A stretch of 64,000 nt of DNA. Source: Vitrella brassicaformis CCMP3155 (Eukaryota > Protista > Chromerida). This document shows, in pieces, positions 1 to 14,100 of the stretch. Every line of letters starts with the position of its first letter. Position 1 is the first letter of the stretch. The translations under genes were made by a program, and so were the position numbers. Under the pieces are notes generated by a model. That model made no database searches and was not told the origin of the DNA. It worked only from the letters and a program-made list of their open reading frames with translations. Where the stretch lies: assembly GCA_001179505.1 (NCBI GenBank), contig CDMY01001045.1, positions 154,111-218,110 of the forward strand, read 5' to 3'.

Positions 1-795
1 GGCTGGACAAACGCACACAAGAAACAAGGGACAACTTCATTGCTTGCCTGCCCTGCGTACTGGCGTGTGTGCGTGGCGACCTGTGTAGGTAGACGAGCGC
101 CTCCAGCGTGTCTTTGGCTATGGCAGCCAACACCGGCTCCGGCAGCGGACCGTGCTTCCGAATCTGCAGCAGCAGCAGCAGCAGCAGGCAGACGACAACG
201 TGTTAGTCTGAGCTGACTGTGCGTGCCATGCGATAGCGTGTTTGTGCTGACGATGTCTCTGAGGGATCCGCCGCCGAGGAACTCCATGATAATGATCAAG
301 TGAGCATGGTAAGTGAAGGACTCAATGTACCTTTGTGGGACAGATGGCCAGCGAGGAAGACACACACAGACAGATAGACATAGAGGAGAAAACAAACAGC
401 GAAAACAGCCAGTCGTGTCTCTCGTCTGACACTTCTGGTTCCCTGTCTGACTTGATGATGTTTTGGTGGTTGCACTTGGAGAGCACCGAGATCTCGTTCC
501 TCACTTGCTCCAACGAGTCGGTGTCCTTCATGACGTTGTCGCTCATGTCCTCCAAGTCCACCACCTTCAACGCCACCGTCGGCAGGCTCGCCTCACCTGA
601 CCCCTCAGCCGACGCCACCTTGGCCTCGTACACGCACCCGAACGCACCCTCACCCACAATCCGCTGCACTATGTAGGTGTTCCTGAAGCCCTTGAGCTCG
701 TCTCCCGGCTGGTAGCTGTTGGCCCGTACACGAGCCACCTGCGGCACCTGCCGACCGCGGCTCAACGGACGGGAGCTCGACTGAGTCTCTGACAT
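1..795 (-). CDS. Ser/Thr protein kinase, STE20-like (5' part; continues off the left edge)
   Basis: Exon 795-452 has GEGAFGCVY (Gly loop), VALKVVDL (VAIK Lys) and NEISVLSKCNHQNII. It splices (GT at 451-450) to an exon at about 330-253 reading KYIESFTYHAHLIIIMEFLGGGSLRDI, then to about 153-86 reading IRKHGPLPEPVLAAIAKDTLEALVYLH. These are kinase subdomains I-VIa. The STE20 assignment is by resemblance only. Confidence 0.88.
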
Positions 796-932
796 TGATC
801 AGATGTTAACACGCTGCTGGCTGGGCTGCTGAAAGGGGAGGAGGGACAGGGAAGGGAGGGTCGCTGTCTTAAGAAGACACAACACGGAAATGCATTTCTT
901 ATGCGCGCGTCATCTTCTCCTCTCACCGGACG

Positions 933-3462
933 ATGTTCGGGGAATCTCCTCCGGGTCGCCTGGGGGCGAGACGGGGGCCCACCAAACCCGGAAAGCCGAA
1001 CCCTGGCGACTCCATCGCAACAACGTTCGCAACACAGAGGTACATGTCGTTCATGGTTCATGGATGGATGTGCACATCTGGATGCCTGATCTATCGCTGG
1101 TGCTGTGTGTGTCGTTCATCAGGTCACTGGCCACCATTCCAGATGCAACGGCTCGATAGAGGAAGCCTACGCAACCGTCTCGACGCGCAGCGGCTGTTCG
1201 GCATCTCGGAGGGCCTGGCGGCCATCCAGGGCTCGTCGGTGGCTAAGGGATGCCTGTCGGGGTATGCCTGCTTCCGCAGCCACGAGTTGGGCGCCCAGAG
1301 GATAGCCGCCAAGGTGGACAGGGGCGAAGTGACGGCCGAGGAAGATCGGGCCATGGGAGCCGTCATGGGATTAATCGTCGGCGACGCACTCGGAGCACCT
1401 CTAGGTGGGTCGGTGGCGGGGTGGGTGAGGGTCAGATACCGACCGACACGGACACGGTCTGACCAGAGATCTCACCCACGCTGCCTTTTTTGTGTGGTCA
1501 TGGTGTGCGCATTCCCCCAGAGTTTTGTGATGTGTGTCATGCCGGCGACGCGCGCACCGACTCCATCCCCGACGTGAGCGGCTTCAGCGACACTGCCGTG
1601 TGGGAGCACCCCAGATGCAACAAGTTTGAACTCAAACCAGGGTGAGAGACAAGGCGAGGCGAGGCAAGGGCGCGTTAATGTCATGTTGATGAATGGCTTG
1701 GTTGGTTGGTTGGCTGGTTGGTGCATGCAGGCAGTGGACAGACGACGGCTCCATGGCGCTGTGTCTGGCCGACAGCCTGCTGCTCCACGGCGACTGGAAC
1801 CCCCGGGACGTCCGCCACCGGTTCATCCTATGGTGGACATGCGGGTACAACAACGCTTTCGGATTCGACGCGCCCACCGACCACTCTGGCGTCCTCGCCC
1901 CCGCCCCCGCCACCAGCCAGGCGGCCGAGGGCAACACGGACAGCGACTCTTCCCCCTCGCTGCGCCACCAGCAGCTGCCGCGGAAGCGTCGCCACATCAA
2001 CAGAGAGGGGCGCGGCAGCGTGGGTCTGGGTGGCAACATATCGTTGTCGCTGCGGGAGTTCATGCGTGAGGGTGGGCGTGAGGGCTACACGAAGGAGGGG
2101 GACGAGCGGACGTCGGGCAACGGGTCGCTCATGCGCCTCGCTCCAGTGCCCGTCTGCTTCCACCGGGACCTCTCGAGGGCCATGGAGGTCGCACGCCTCT
2201 CCAGCCTCACCACACACCAGGTATGTGTTGTGCACTCAGACAGTCATCTATCTGCAACCATTCATCCATCCGTTCTGACTCATGCATGCACGAGTGTTCG
2301 TTCGTGTGTCGGTCAGGGCATCGAGGCGTCTGACGGCTGCCGTTTGCTGACTTACCTGATAGTCCGGGCCATCCACGAGCAGCCCACCGACGCACAGGTC
2401 TTCCTGCGCCCAGACCACATCACCACCCCCCTCACAGACCCCTCCACCGGCAATGAGACGCTCCCCGGCTTCGACGCTACGGCTGTGTGCTACAGCGTGC
2501 AGTGTTTGGCTCTTGCGCGTGCCGAGGAGCGACACGCCGACAATGGGGATCTACCACTGGAGGAGAGGAACTGGGAGTGGACCCATGCCAGATACCGGTA
2601 CGTACGTCACTTGCGAAAAAAGAGAGGAAGGAAGGAGGCGGGAGAGAGACGACTCATACACGCATCCAATGGATGGATGTGTGGGTGTCATTCTTTCTTT
2701 GTGTGTGTGGTGTGGTGCAGGTATGCGGCTCGGCGCGCTGCGGATCAGCCTGGGTATGTGGGCAGCTACGCCATGGACGCCCTCTCCATGGCCCTCCACT
2801 GCGTCTACACAACACGGTGAGGGAGGAAGCGATGAGAACGGAAGGACACACCATGCAAATGGCCTCCCACTGTCTCTCTGTCTCTCTGTCTGTCTGTCTG
2901 TCTGTCTGTCCTTTCGTCATCAGTAGTTTTGCGGGTGCGGTGCTGAAGGCGGCGAATCTGCGCGGCGACTCGGACACGGTAGCGGCCATCACAGGGCAGA
3001 TCGCAGGCGCCATCTATGGCATCACCAACGTTCCCAAAGACTGGATCGCGGCTGTAGAAAAGTAGGTAGGCCGACCCAAGGACGACAGACAGACAGACTG
3101 GCACATGATAGCTGCATGTCACCCACTGATGCGTCCGTCATCCATCCATGTATGTATTGATCCATCCATCCATCAGGTGGTCTGGTGGCACCGGCTTCCT
3201 GCTGGCTCGTGCCTATCATCTGCACCACCGACTGGCCGCCACCCCACCAGCCGACCCGCCCCTGGTGCTGCCCACCCCCTCCACACACGAGGCCCCACCG
3301 AACCGAGAGCACAACGCCGCTGTCCATCCCTCCGTCCACCACACGGCCCACCACCACGTGGGAGTGACGGCACCCATTCTGCCCTGCACGGCCGGGCCGG
3401 AGCCTCAGGGCGACAGACGAGGCGCACTGAGGAGTAGAGAGGATAGATTTGAGGGGCTGTGA
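933..3462 (+). CDS. ADP-ribosylglycohydrolase (ARH/DraG family), multi-exon
   Basis: Spliced exons carry the family motifs DRAMGAVMGLIVGDALGAPL, QWTDDGSMALCLADSLL, SGNGSLMRLAPV, SSLTTH, GSYAMDALSMALHCVY and AANLRGDSDTVAAITGQIAGAIYG (Mg-binding TDD and DSDT). The last exon reads WSGGTGFLLARAY and stops at 3462. Confidence 0.93.
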
Positions 3463-3898
3463 GCGCAGGCACAGTAGCAGGCTAGCTTGGGTTGGCAGGG
3501 GGCTGGATTGAGTGGGTGGGGGGTTGGTTGGCTGGGTGGGTGGAGGGGTGTGGTGTACAGCCGTGTGCAGATAGATCGATGGATAGCTGGACAACGGGAT
3601 GGATCGATGGTGGAAGGAAGGAGGGTGTAGATGCGCGGCAGAAGACGTTATTGGTTTGGGTGCCCTGAGAGTAAACGACTCGATTCTTCTATTCCGTCAT
3701 ACAACGCTCCGCACACGCACGAGACCCACAGTGGTGTTGCTTCTAACTTTCTTTGCCGCAGACAAACCACAGGCAAAGGACAACTTCGCTCCACACTTCA
3801 AGCGGTACTGGTCGCGCGATCTACGGCCCCCATGCGCGCCAGCGGGCCCCCTTTTTAGCACCGTCCGTCTCACCTTTCGTCTTTTCCTTGGGCACAGC

Positions 3899-6800
3899 AT
3901 GTGTGTGCTCTTCCTGTATCTCCTCGTAGTGTTATTCATTCATGTCACCCGAACTGCGACCTTCTCACGATCCCTCATCTCCGTTTCCCCCCAAGTGCTC
4001 GAGAATGCCAAGACACCCCTCATGTTTAGCCACCACGTCTTCGACGTCCTCCTCCCGCCAGCCGGGCTCACCCCTGCAGAGAAGCTGGCCGTCATCCGCC
4101 ATGCGCTGGCAGACAAGATGCGCGGCCCTGGAGCCCCGCATGCCACTAAGGGAGGCGCTGACGGCTTCGTCGAGCTCGGAGAGGGGCATGGCGGCCAACG
4201 AACGACCTCCTCGCTCTGGCGGCCCGTCACAGCCACTGCAGATGGCTTCGTTACGGTGCCCTTTGCTGTCAACCACACCGGTGCGTCTGGTCGGGGAGAG
4301 AGCAGCATGTTGGGCCTGAAGGAGGTCAACCGGCGGCTGGGGCTGGTCCTCTATGATGCCGACAGTCGCTCTGCAGCCACTTTCAGACAAGACAAAGAGG
4401 CCGCACAGAGGCGACGGCAGGAGACGAGCAGCCGTGATCACGTGATTGGCCCCGGTGAGGTGCCGTCTGTCGGTGGGGGGTGCTGAGGGAGGCGCCAACA
4501 GTGGGTGGGCATGGACGCGGTTCAGAGTGCTGGACAAGGGCACCTTCAATGTCCACTGTGCCGGCACCCCCACATTCTTCATTGTAAGCCTCATACCCAC
4601 ACGGGACATGGACACACACAGAGAGAGAGCAAAGACAACTGCATGACATGGCCCGCTGGATGTATCAATCTGTCTGTCGATCAGGACGGAACCTCCTATC
4701 GTGGTGAGTCTTCCTTCCCCCACGCTGCGGGGCCTGCCTCCATCTCCCAGTTGGATACGCCCTCGTCGTCTTTTGCTTCCCTGTCTGCCTTCCGGAGCCT
4801 CATATGGCCCATCGTGTTGGACCCCGGCATGCACACACTACTCGTCAGGCTGGCCCCACCACCCACCATGGCATCGGATGGCGGCCCACCGGCTCGCTTC
4901 CACTGCAGCTTCCTCCCGCCCGCCGCCCCGCTGCCCTTCTCCTCTATCCAGGTGGACTCGGGGGCAGCAGAAATGGCCAGCGGCGAGCGGATGGCGGCGG
5001 GGGGTGAGGAGGGGCTTCGTGTGCCGACGCCGGGTGACAGTGATCCCAACTGGAAGGCAGACCACTCATGGAGACCGGTAAGCCAGCCAGCCAGCCAGCC
5101 AGCCAAGGAGACGTGAGACATTCATTGGACGGGGGTACCAAATAAGGTGGTCTCTCGGTGTTGCTTGCGCGGCTCGTCTGTACGGTACGGTACGGTACGT
5201 GTGTTTTGTAGGGTGAAGTGCACCACATGCCTGACATAGTGGATGGCGTTCTGCCAACTCCCCTGGCGTCGATACCCATAGTCAATCCGAGTATGTATGT
5301 ATGTATGTACATTCATACAGTCTTGCACACCACACCACACCCAACACTTTTTCCTTGCTGACAGCTTTCTTCGTGTGCCGTCTGCCTTGCGCATAATGCA
5401 GCATCGTCTCCCGTCACAGACTTCAAAGTTGAGTTCCACACCCCCCGGGCCGTCTTGAGGCGGCACCACAGCGTGCCCGACACGGAGCACCCCGGCAAGA
5501 CCAAGGACGAGTCGTCACTGGAGGCTAAGCCCATCCATGATCAGACGCCCATTCTACAGGACCCCTCCCGCCCTCTGCTGTCGGCCACATGGCTGCCGGC
5601 CCTCAAAAGCGACAAAGACCGCTGGACCGCTCCCGTGCTGCCGGGCCAGTCCTTCCCTCTCTACATGCAGCTGACATGGAACGGGGTCAAGCCCCGACGG
5701 CTGGAGGCCGCTGACATGGCGGCGGGGGACGGGTCTGCCACGGACAAGGGCATATGCTCGGGGGCCCTGTATGGGGAGAAGGATGACCCAGAAGTGATTG
5801 AGATAGACGCCAGGATCACCGGCAACTTCCGGGACAGTGTGAGCCGGCCCGCAGCTGAGCACACGGTTGTCTTGCGGTGCAGGAGTTTCGCTCGTCGGGA
5901 TCCCTACATATTCACTTATCGCGACGTCGACGGGGCTGTCGAGTACGCCGCTGTCAGACCCCCGAAGAGGAGATGCAGGAAGGGGTTGCAACACCAGGCA
6001 GCTTTATCTGACACCCTGCTGTCTCCTACTGGCCCTCTCCTCAAGGGCCAGTTTGGCTTCGACTGGGAGGGCGCAGGACTCGCCAACGCCGTCACGGCCA
6101 TACACGCCTTCCAGCATCTAATGCCAGGCAGGCAAATATACATGTATGTATGTATGTATGCATGTACATGAACCCAACAGCACGGCCTGGTGTGGTGGGG
6201 TGTGGGGTGGTGTGGTGTCGCGAAGAATCAAGGACGGACGTGTATGGTATGGTATGGTTCCTTCAGGTGTGCCTGACCCCTTGCGTGAAGAGTATGTGCC
6301 CGACACGTCGCGGTTGGTCATCACGGGCCACTCGATGGGGGGACACGGCTGCCTCGTATTCTCGTAAGCGACAATCAATGGAGCCACTCCGAGCCAGGCG
6401 TATTAGCTGTCCGATGTATCTTCTATCTATCTATTGTTCGTGCCCTGGATGCGATGCAGGACCCACTTTGCTGACCACGTGGTGGGGTCAATGTGTGGAG
6501 CTGCATGGATCAAGGTGCACTACAACACCCACTCACAGACAGACAGAGAGGCGTGCAGACAGACAGACAGACAGACACAGAAAGACAGGACCCCTTGCCT
6601 GTGATTCATCAAATCATCGGTGTGGCAGATGAGCACTTACAGTGGGGGATATTCCCCTGCTGGCCAGCAGGATGGCCAGGCGGACAAGAGGACCCGCCTG
6701 ATGTCTTCGGGCGACAGCGAGTACGCCACGGACTTCGCCGCCGTCCACCTTGTGGGCATGCCTTTCATGGGCAGATGCGGAGAGAAAGACGACAATGGTG

Positions 6801-9093
6801 TGTGAGGAGCGGACAGCCGAGGAAGGAGACACACAGGACAGGCACACAGGGACGCATATGTATGTGTGTGTACGTGTGTGTGTACGTGTGTGTGTATGCG
6901 TGTGTGTGTATGTGTGTGCGTCAGTTCCCCCGGAGCATTTGCGTCGGTTCACTCATGTGCTGAGCAACAGCAACTTCGCCGAGCTGGAGCCGACGGCGGT
7001 GCTCTCGATGATGCTGGACAACTCGACGATGATGCAGTCGTTCCTCGAAATCAGCCGGCAGCCCTCCCTGCTGCAGTACTACACCGACCTCAAGGGCAAC
7101 CTCGACAGACAAATACCACTCATCTACAGCCTGGTCACCCACCCAATGAGCACAATCGATCGATGCATCCCCCCTTGTCTCTATCCGTCTGTCTGTGTGT
7201 CTACAGAAAGCAGGGGAGAGCCACTGGTTCGGTGACTGGTTCGATGACCGCAAGACGGACAAGGTGGTGACGCCATTCATAGCAAGGGCCAGGGAATCCC
7301 CGGCCGGAGGGGCCTGCCAGGCAGGTGGCGTGTGTGGAGTGGTGGCCACCCATGGGGCACTGGCAGGGGCGGCATCATACTCATGCAGCCACATACATGG
7401 GGCCATGACGCCCTGGTCGATGCCGTCTTCCACAAGGGGCAGGGCGGCACCATGAGCTACGCAGTCGGCCAGAAGTTCGCCGACTGGCAGCAGCGAGACA
7501 GCAGCGACACCGGGGCATCGTCGGATCACCGCATGTCGGACGACGGCAGGCCGCCCCCGCCATTCTTCCCGAAAGTGGATGTCTGCATCTGTGGCGACTG
7601 CACACGACACAGTAACAATGACAATGGTGATGGCTGGGCGAACGTGACAGTGGCGGGCGAGAGCGATGGCGACCAGGACGCCCAAGAGAATGCGGAGTGG
7701 CACATCTGCCTCCGGACACACAATGTGCGACGGCTGGGGCTCAAACAATACTTCCCAGCACTGGTCCGTCCGTCTATAGAGGAGGGAGACACAGCCGGCC
7801 ACACACACACACACACCGCTTTGCTTTGGTTTGGTCTCTTCCCTGCAGGTACTCAACGGCATTCTGACGCAGATGGGCGCACATCCGCTGACAAGACGAA
7901 TGGGACACTTGTGCTCTACAAGGATGAGCGGGGAGGCAAGCCGACCTTGCCAGCACAGACACAGCAGCGACAAGGCAAGTCTGGCGGGGATCTTCTGTCA
8001 TCATTCCGGGTGCACCTGCTCATTGACGGCCAGAGCGTTGCTCACGGTGTGCCCACTGACCAGTTGGGCCGCTTCACCCTTCCCTCACACCACCTCTGCT
8101 GCACACGGAAGCCGCAGGGCGGGTCGCAGTGCTTGTGGCGGCTGTGCGGGGGAATGGAGTAAAGGGACGCCGAGAGAAGCGACCGGGACAGCATGCTGCT
8201 CAAGCAGCTCATTGCTAGAGGACCGCTGGCTATCGTGTATGGCACCGGCAAGGAGACGCCTCGCAAAGAGGCATCGGAGATCGGCGCTGGCTCCTCGTCG
8301 CAACAACAAGATGGGTCGACTTTTCATCGGACGGCCCTCACAATGGCCAACTCTTTCTATGAGAGAGGGAGGTGAGCAAATACGGCCTGCCTGCCTGCCT
8401 GCGTCTCTGCATTCATTCGGTGGGGTGTCTGTCGATGGATGGGCAGGTTAGGCGTGTTGGTGCTTGACGATCAGACGGCCCTCTCCCGCCTCCCTGATCT
8501 GCACCAGCAAGGATACAACTTCATTCTGCTAGGCCACCCACGGGTCAACGCCCTCACGCAGCGAATCCACCCCGTCTCCACGATCGCAGCCGCCCAAGTT
8601 CTCTGACGATGGCTCCATCCAAATCGGTGACAAACAGTTCAGCTCACCCGGCATGGGCATATACGCGTCAGAAAGAGTCGACCTGGACAGAGTGCTTGCC
8701 ACCGGCCGCCCGTCAGCCTACATAGAAGGAGAGGGCCATTTCCACTCCTATCATCATCAGTCGGGCAGGAGACGGCGAGTGGGTGACATCACTAGCACAA
8801 GTGGTGAGTTGAGGGTGAATGAGGGTTGGTGCGGCAGGTATTGCCGGCCGCGTGGGAGTTTGTTCATTATGGGTGCCGGCACCGACAGTGAGGGCACCCA
8901 GCGGCTGACCGGGGCTCTGCCCTACCAGCATGTGCGAGTCATGCCCGACTGGGGCATAGCTGGGGGACAGTGGGGCAGTGGCAATGCCACACAGGCCTAC
9001 CGATACAGCAGCTACAGCCAGGGCGGCCTCACGTATTTTGGCTTCTGGGGACCCACATGGAACTACGACGAGACAGCCAGTGTGATGGACTGA
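3899..9093 (+). CDS. Large, probably secreted alpha/beta-hydrolase (peptidase S9/esterase-like)
   Basis: Hydrophobic N-terminus MCVLFLYLLVVLFIHV at ATG 3899. Nucleophile elbow VITGHSMGGHG near 6320, preceded by PYIFTYRDVDGAVEYAAVRPP and FGFDWEGAG. The C-terminal exon reads GTDSEGTQRLTGALP...MPDWGIAGG...GFWGPTW. The layout resembles uncharacterised fungal/protist hydrolases from memory. The junction near 4440-4490 is ambiguous. Confidence 0.72.
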
Positions 9094-9838
9094 CTGACTG
9101 ACTGATTGTGGGTGGCTGGACGGGTGGTTCATATTCACTCGTGGGTACATATGTGTATATATGTGTGTATACATGTGGTGTGTTGAGTGACTGACGAGTG
9201 AGAGGGACACGCTGCATGAGCGACATGACAGACAGTCGGTGATCTGATCGAGGGACTATTGATTCGATCGAATGATATCGACCATTGACAGTTAACTTAC
9301 TTCCCAGCAGGAAAGGCACACCACACCGGGTCTTCCATCCATCCATCCATCCATCCCTCCCTCCATCCATCCATACGTCTCTCTGTCTGCACACAACATA
9401 CAGCCCCACCCCTCCACTCCACTCCCCTCCCTCGCTCAGACACACACGCACACAACCAGGTGCCGTCGGTCCACCATTGTAGAGTCGGACAGCAGCCAGG
9501 CAATGACTGACTGGTCATCGGTGCCACCAGAAAGGGCGAACACAGGAACAACCAATGGTCCCTCTCTCTGTGTATTGACAGTGGCGTCGCGTGCACACCT
9601 CATCCCATCCCCCAGCCAGTAGAGAGAATGTAATGAGAGTGTGAAAAGACGCTGCTGTAGGCATGTGTGTGAGCCGCTCGGCGGGCAGAGAGGAGAAATG
9701 CGTTGGTTGTGCGTGGTTGGCAGGCAGACAGGCATGTGTGTGCGGAGAGGTAGAAGCCACATGTATGTGCCGTTGCACACATACAGCCACACACACACAC
9801 ACACACACACATTCTGTATGCTCATCCTGTCACACACA

Positions 9839-9870
<32 letters not shown>

Positions 9871-11100
9871 TGTGTAGGCGCACCGTTCACTCACCACGCG
9901 TGTCTGTCAACAAACTTCCAGCGAACTCCCTAGTGGAGAGAAAAACGAATTGCTTCGGGCTAGCTACTTACCGCCATATACCTACCGTGGCCGCCGTGCC
10001 AACCTGCCTCTCCAATGGCACATAACACGAACACCAGAAGCTTGTCTCAACCAATACTAATACATGATTGCACCATACATGGCCTGTCTACCTCTCTGTC
10101 CCTCTGTCTAGACCACCGATGGATGACTCACGGCAACAAGTGGGTGGACGTGAGCCACACACATGCGCACATGAGTTAGGTCAAGCCTACCTAGGACGGC
10201 AGGCTGGCAGGCAGTCAGTCAGGCAGGCAGCAGGCACCTCATGCGCTGTCTTGTCTTCGGTGAGCAGCGGCCGAGGCGAGACGCCTGCCTTGCCCCCCCA
10301 CCTTCCCACCTCTACAGTGATATACAGAGACGTGTACATAAACCTGCTGCAAATGTAATGTACCTACACGCATGCCATGCCATGCCATGCCCTGCACACA
10401 ATTAGGAAACAGGCAGATAGAGACATACATACACACACCCATGCATGATACGCACCACCTCGCGTACTAAACGGGGAGAGGGAGGAGGAGGAGGAGGAGG
10501 AGGGAAAAGGAAAAGGGCGTGGACACACATATCACACAAACACATGGTGTCACGTCACACACCCCATGCACAAGAGACACCGACCGATAGATACCTGTGC
10601 TCGTATTGGGTCGGTCAGGGAGACAGACAGGGGAGAACGGGGAAATGAACAAATGCACACAGACGAACGGGCAGGAAGGAAGATATGATGAAGACAGGCA
10701 GACAGCATACAACAGGACAGGCACGAACCACAAATGAGAGAGGCGAAAGGTATGTGTGAACGTCAGTCAGTCACCGAACAACAGCGAGTCGAGCCAGTGA
10801 CCTGCGACGAGAGTACGCACCGCACCTACCTGGGTGTGGTGTGCACTCACTTACACCACACCACAGCACACCACACCTGACGGACCCACGACACCATGCC
10901 ATGCACACGCACAAACAAGCAATGTATCACACACCTATCGTGCACACGAACGAAGAGAGACAGTGAGTAAGTTAGTAGGAACGACCTCTCCGCCACATAT
11001 CCATGACATACATACATACCTACATCACCATATATACCACACTGACTACCCTAGCTTGGCTACCCTCACTACACAAATGTATCAATCGCACCATTGATTG
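9093..11100. repeat. Microsatellite-rich intergenic region ((CA)n, (CT)n, (CATC)n, (GGA)n)
   Basis: Visible simple repeats, e.g. 9787-9870. I could not assemble a coherent spliced ORF. Confidence 0.7.
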
Positions 11101-11112
11101 CCCCTTCTCCCT

Positions 11113-14100
11113 TCACACGAATGTCAGGTCCAGCTGTGGCGGGGCGGGCATGTCAACAAACCACTCCTTGCTGTGGTCGCTGCCCGCCCCCGCCCCCGCC
11201 CACGATATCGTGCAGGGGAGGGATACCGGGCCCTCGGTGGTGAGCTTGGCGTGGTAGAATGACAGCATGCTGCTGCTGACTGGAGGCGCGAACACAGCCA
11301 GGGGCAGAAGGTTGATGTCACCCTCGCCGCTCACAGCCCCCCGGACACAAGAGGGCTCATCCACCACCTGTGCAGCGCATGGCATTGCGTCGACACGCAC
11401 ACAAATGCATCTGTCCATCCACCCATTCTTCGTGTGGGTGCTTCGTCTCTCTCCCCTTGTCCATGTGTGAGACCCACCTCACCTGTTGCTGCTGCTCCTG
11501 TTGCTGCTGTGGTTGTTGTCTTGTGTTGTACGTGTAGGGCACAGCGTGTGGCGGCACGCTGTACTGGCGATGCTGCACCACCAGCCGAGACCTGCTGCTG
11601 CTGCCATCCACCAAACCCTCCCCAGCACCGAAGCCCTCACTGCTGGGGGAGCTGGTCGTGGTGGTGCTGCTGGCGGCCTCTGTGTCGTCAGCGTCGGTGC
11701 CGCCACACACAGGGGAGAGGGAATGGGGCACGGAGAAGGGTGGCGGGGTGGACGACCGGCTCCGAGAGAGGGGTGGAGGCTGATGGACGGCCTGATGGTT
11801 GACAGACGGACGATAGGCAGACAGACAGCAGAGCAGAGAAAGAGAGACGCACATTAATGAAGTCGTGCATGCGATGCTCGCTGGGTGTGTTGTTTGGTAA
11901 ACCATCCGTGTGCGTACGTTACGTACGTTGGCTTTGTCGTGTGTGCCGTAGAGGAGCCCGTCGCCGTAGAAGAGGCGACAGAAGCACTTGAAGGGGGCCA
12001 CTGCCAACAACTTGCTCATCTGACAGACAGATGGAACACACACACACACACAGACAGACAGACGGAGCGCACGCACACATGGGTGGGCACACGTCGGTAG
12101 ACAGACGTTCGATTCATTCGCCGCACCTGAGCATAGCCGAACGCCTGATGGTCTAACACAAAGTTGTGCCTGCACACGGACACGTTCACACACAGAGAGA
12201 ATCAGGCATGCCGCTCCCTCCCCCCCTCCCTCTCCGTTCTCTCCAATCCTTGCTCACTCCTTGCGCAGTTTTTCCCTCAGCTGACACAGCAAGATGCCCT
12301 TGGGGTGCTCAGCCAGCATCTCCTCCAGCACGCTGGCCGCATGCAGCAGCTTGGGCGTCGGCACACACTCAGCCTGGCAGGATACACCGCCATTGCCACC
12401 ACCACAATCGTCAGCGCCAGCAGCGGCCATGAGAGGGAACGCCGCGCGTGTGGGTCCGTGAGCAGCCGCAGTTGGCTTCAGAATGCTGTTCGTCAGTCAA
12501 CACCACAGAACACACAGAAATGTTGCTTGCAGCCATCGATGCAGGCCTGTGGGAATGTATCCTCTGTTGTGTGTCACGCCGTGTGGGTCAGTCAGTTGAC
12601 TTACTTGTCTTCGTAAGTGAGGATGCCCTTCTTGATGGCCTGCTGCGTCAGTCTGCAGACGTGCCCCAGCGTCATCGGCCGCCCGTACAGCACACCCATG
12701 TCGCCCAGGCAGGGCATGTGCTGCCGCACCAGCCTCTGCAGCAAGACCCACGCCTCGCCCGCACCCACCCCGGACGGCGGCTCGCACTTGCCATTGCTAG
12801 TGCCTTTGCCACTGCCCTTGCCCCTGGTGCTGTTTGCTGCAAACAGCGCCATGATCTCATAGCCAGTGCCGTAACGGCCCCCCTGACAGACACAACCAAC
12901 ACACAGAGAAGGGGATAGAGGTGGATGGGATGGATGGGCGTCAGTCATATGTCTGTAGGTGTGTCGGTATGCATACGCCCACTAAGTTACTTTGTATTCG
13001 TAAAGGTGCAGGTCGGCGACGGGGTGGCGTGTGATGGCAGCGTACGGTGTGGTCATGAGTGCGGTGAAGAAGCCGATCAGCTGCTGCCACACCACGGCAG
13101 GGTACTCGTAATCGGCACGTGGGTCCACAAAACCCTCAAAACCTGCAGATAACGACAGACAGGCATACACAACGCCTTCGCTCCCTGTGTGTCATGTGTG
13201 CAGGCTTGTGTCGGTGCTTGCATCACCTTGTGGTGGTTCAAGGAGGTAGACGACAGCCTGTCCATTCTTGTCGCCGCGCCTGACGCTGTAGACGCCCCTG
13301 AAGAGGGAGTAGGCCTGACACAACCAACACACAGAGCCAGAGAGGTGGATGGATGGGCGTCAGTCATATGTCTGTATGTGCACCATGATGATCCTCCGCT
13401 CCAGGTAGGGCGGCACCTGCAGGCCCCGATGCTGGTACGCCTCCCTCACACGGCGACACACCTCGCTCTCGCCGGGCGGCGTCTCGTCCGCGTACATGCC
13501 GTTGACTGCTTCGAGAAGCAGCTGAAGCAAAGACAGACAGACAGACACCCGTACACACACACAGCTGCGTGGACACTGACCGGTGAGAAGTGGTGTTTGT
13601 TGGCTTACGCCCATGTCGAAGAGTGTGAGTTGTGCGCGCAGCAGCTCCCTCTCTATGGCCTGCCCTCGCCGCACAGGGAGCCCCGACACATGATCTGACA
13701 AAAGACCAAAACAGACGGCTGCAGGTCTGGCAGCTTTCTGTTCTGTTGTCTTACCCAGGCAAGAGGCAGCAGGCCTCTGACGCATTGCAAGGCCCCTACT
13801 CGTCATCTTCTCCTCTCCACCTCCCTGGCAGACAGCAGATACCCTAATGCGTTGCTTCCTTGTTGCCATCTCACATGGATTGTGTTTGGTGACACGTACG
13901 TGATTCAATCAACTGTCGATGCTCATCCCCCGCACTTTCAACATCTGTCGTGGCTCGCATCCATTCTGAGCTCGCAGACTCTGTTTACAACCGCTGTTGT
14001 TTACAAGCGGACGGCCGTGGATTTCGGTCTGGAGGCGTCGTGAGTGTGTTCCTTGGTTTCCTCTGTGCATGTGGAGCGTGCGTGGGTGATTCCTGTTGCG

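Noticed and set aside
4475-4584. In-frame TGA in G-C-[TGA]-G (4484-4486), resembling a GCUG selenocysteine motif, with the reading frame continuing afterwards
   Set aside because: Splicing the clear intron 4584-4684 in that frame creates another TGA. The alternative frame (GWAWTRF...TFFI|DGTSY) splices cleanly, so the first frame is not the coding one here.
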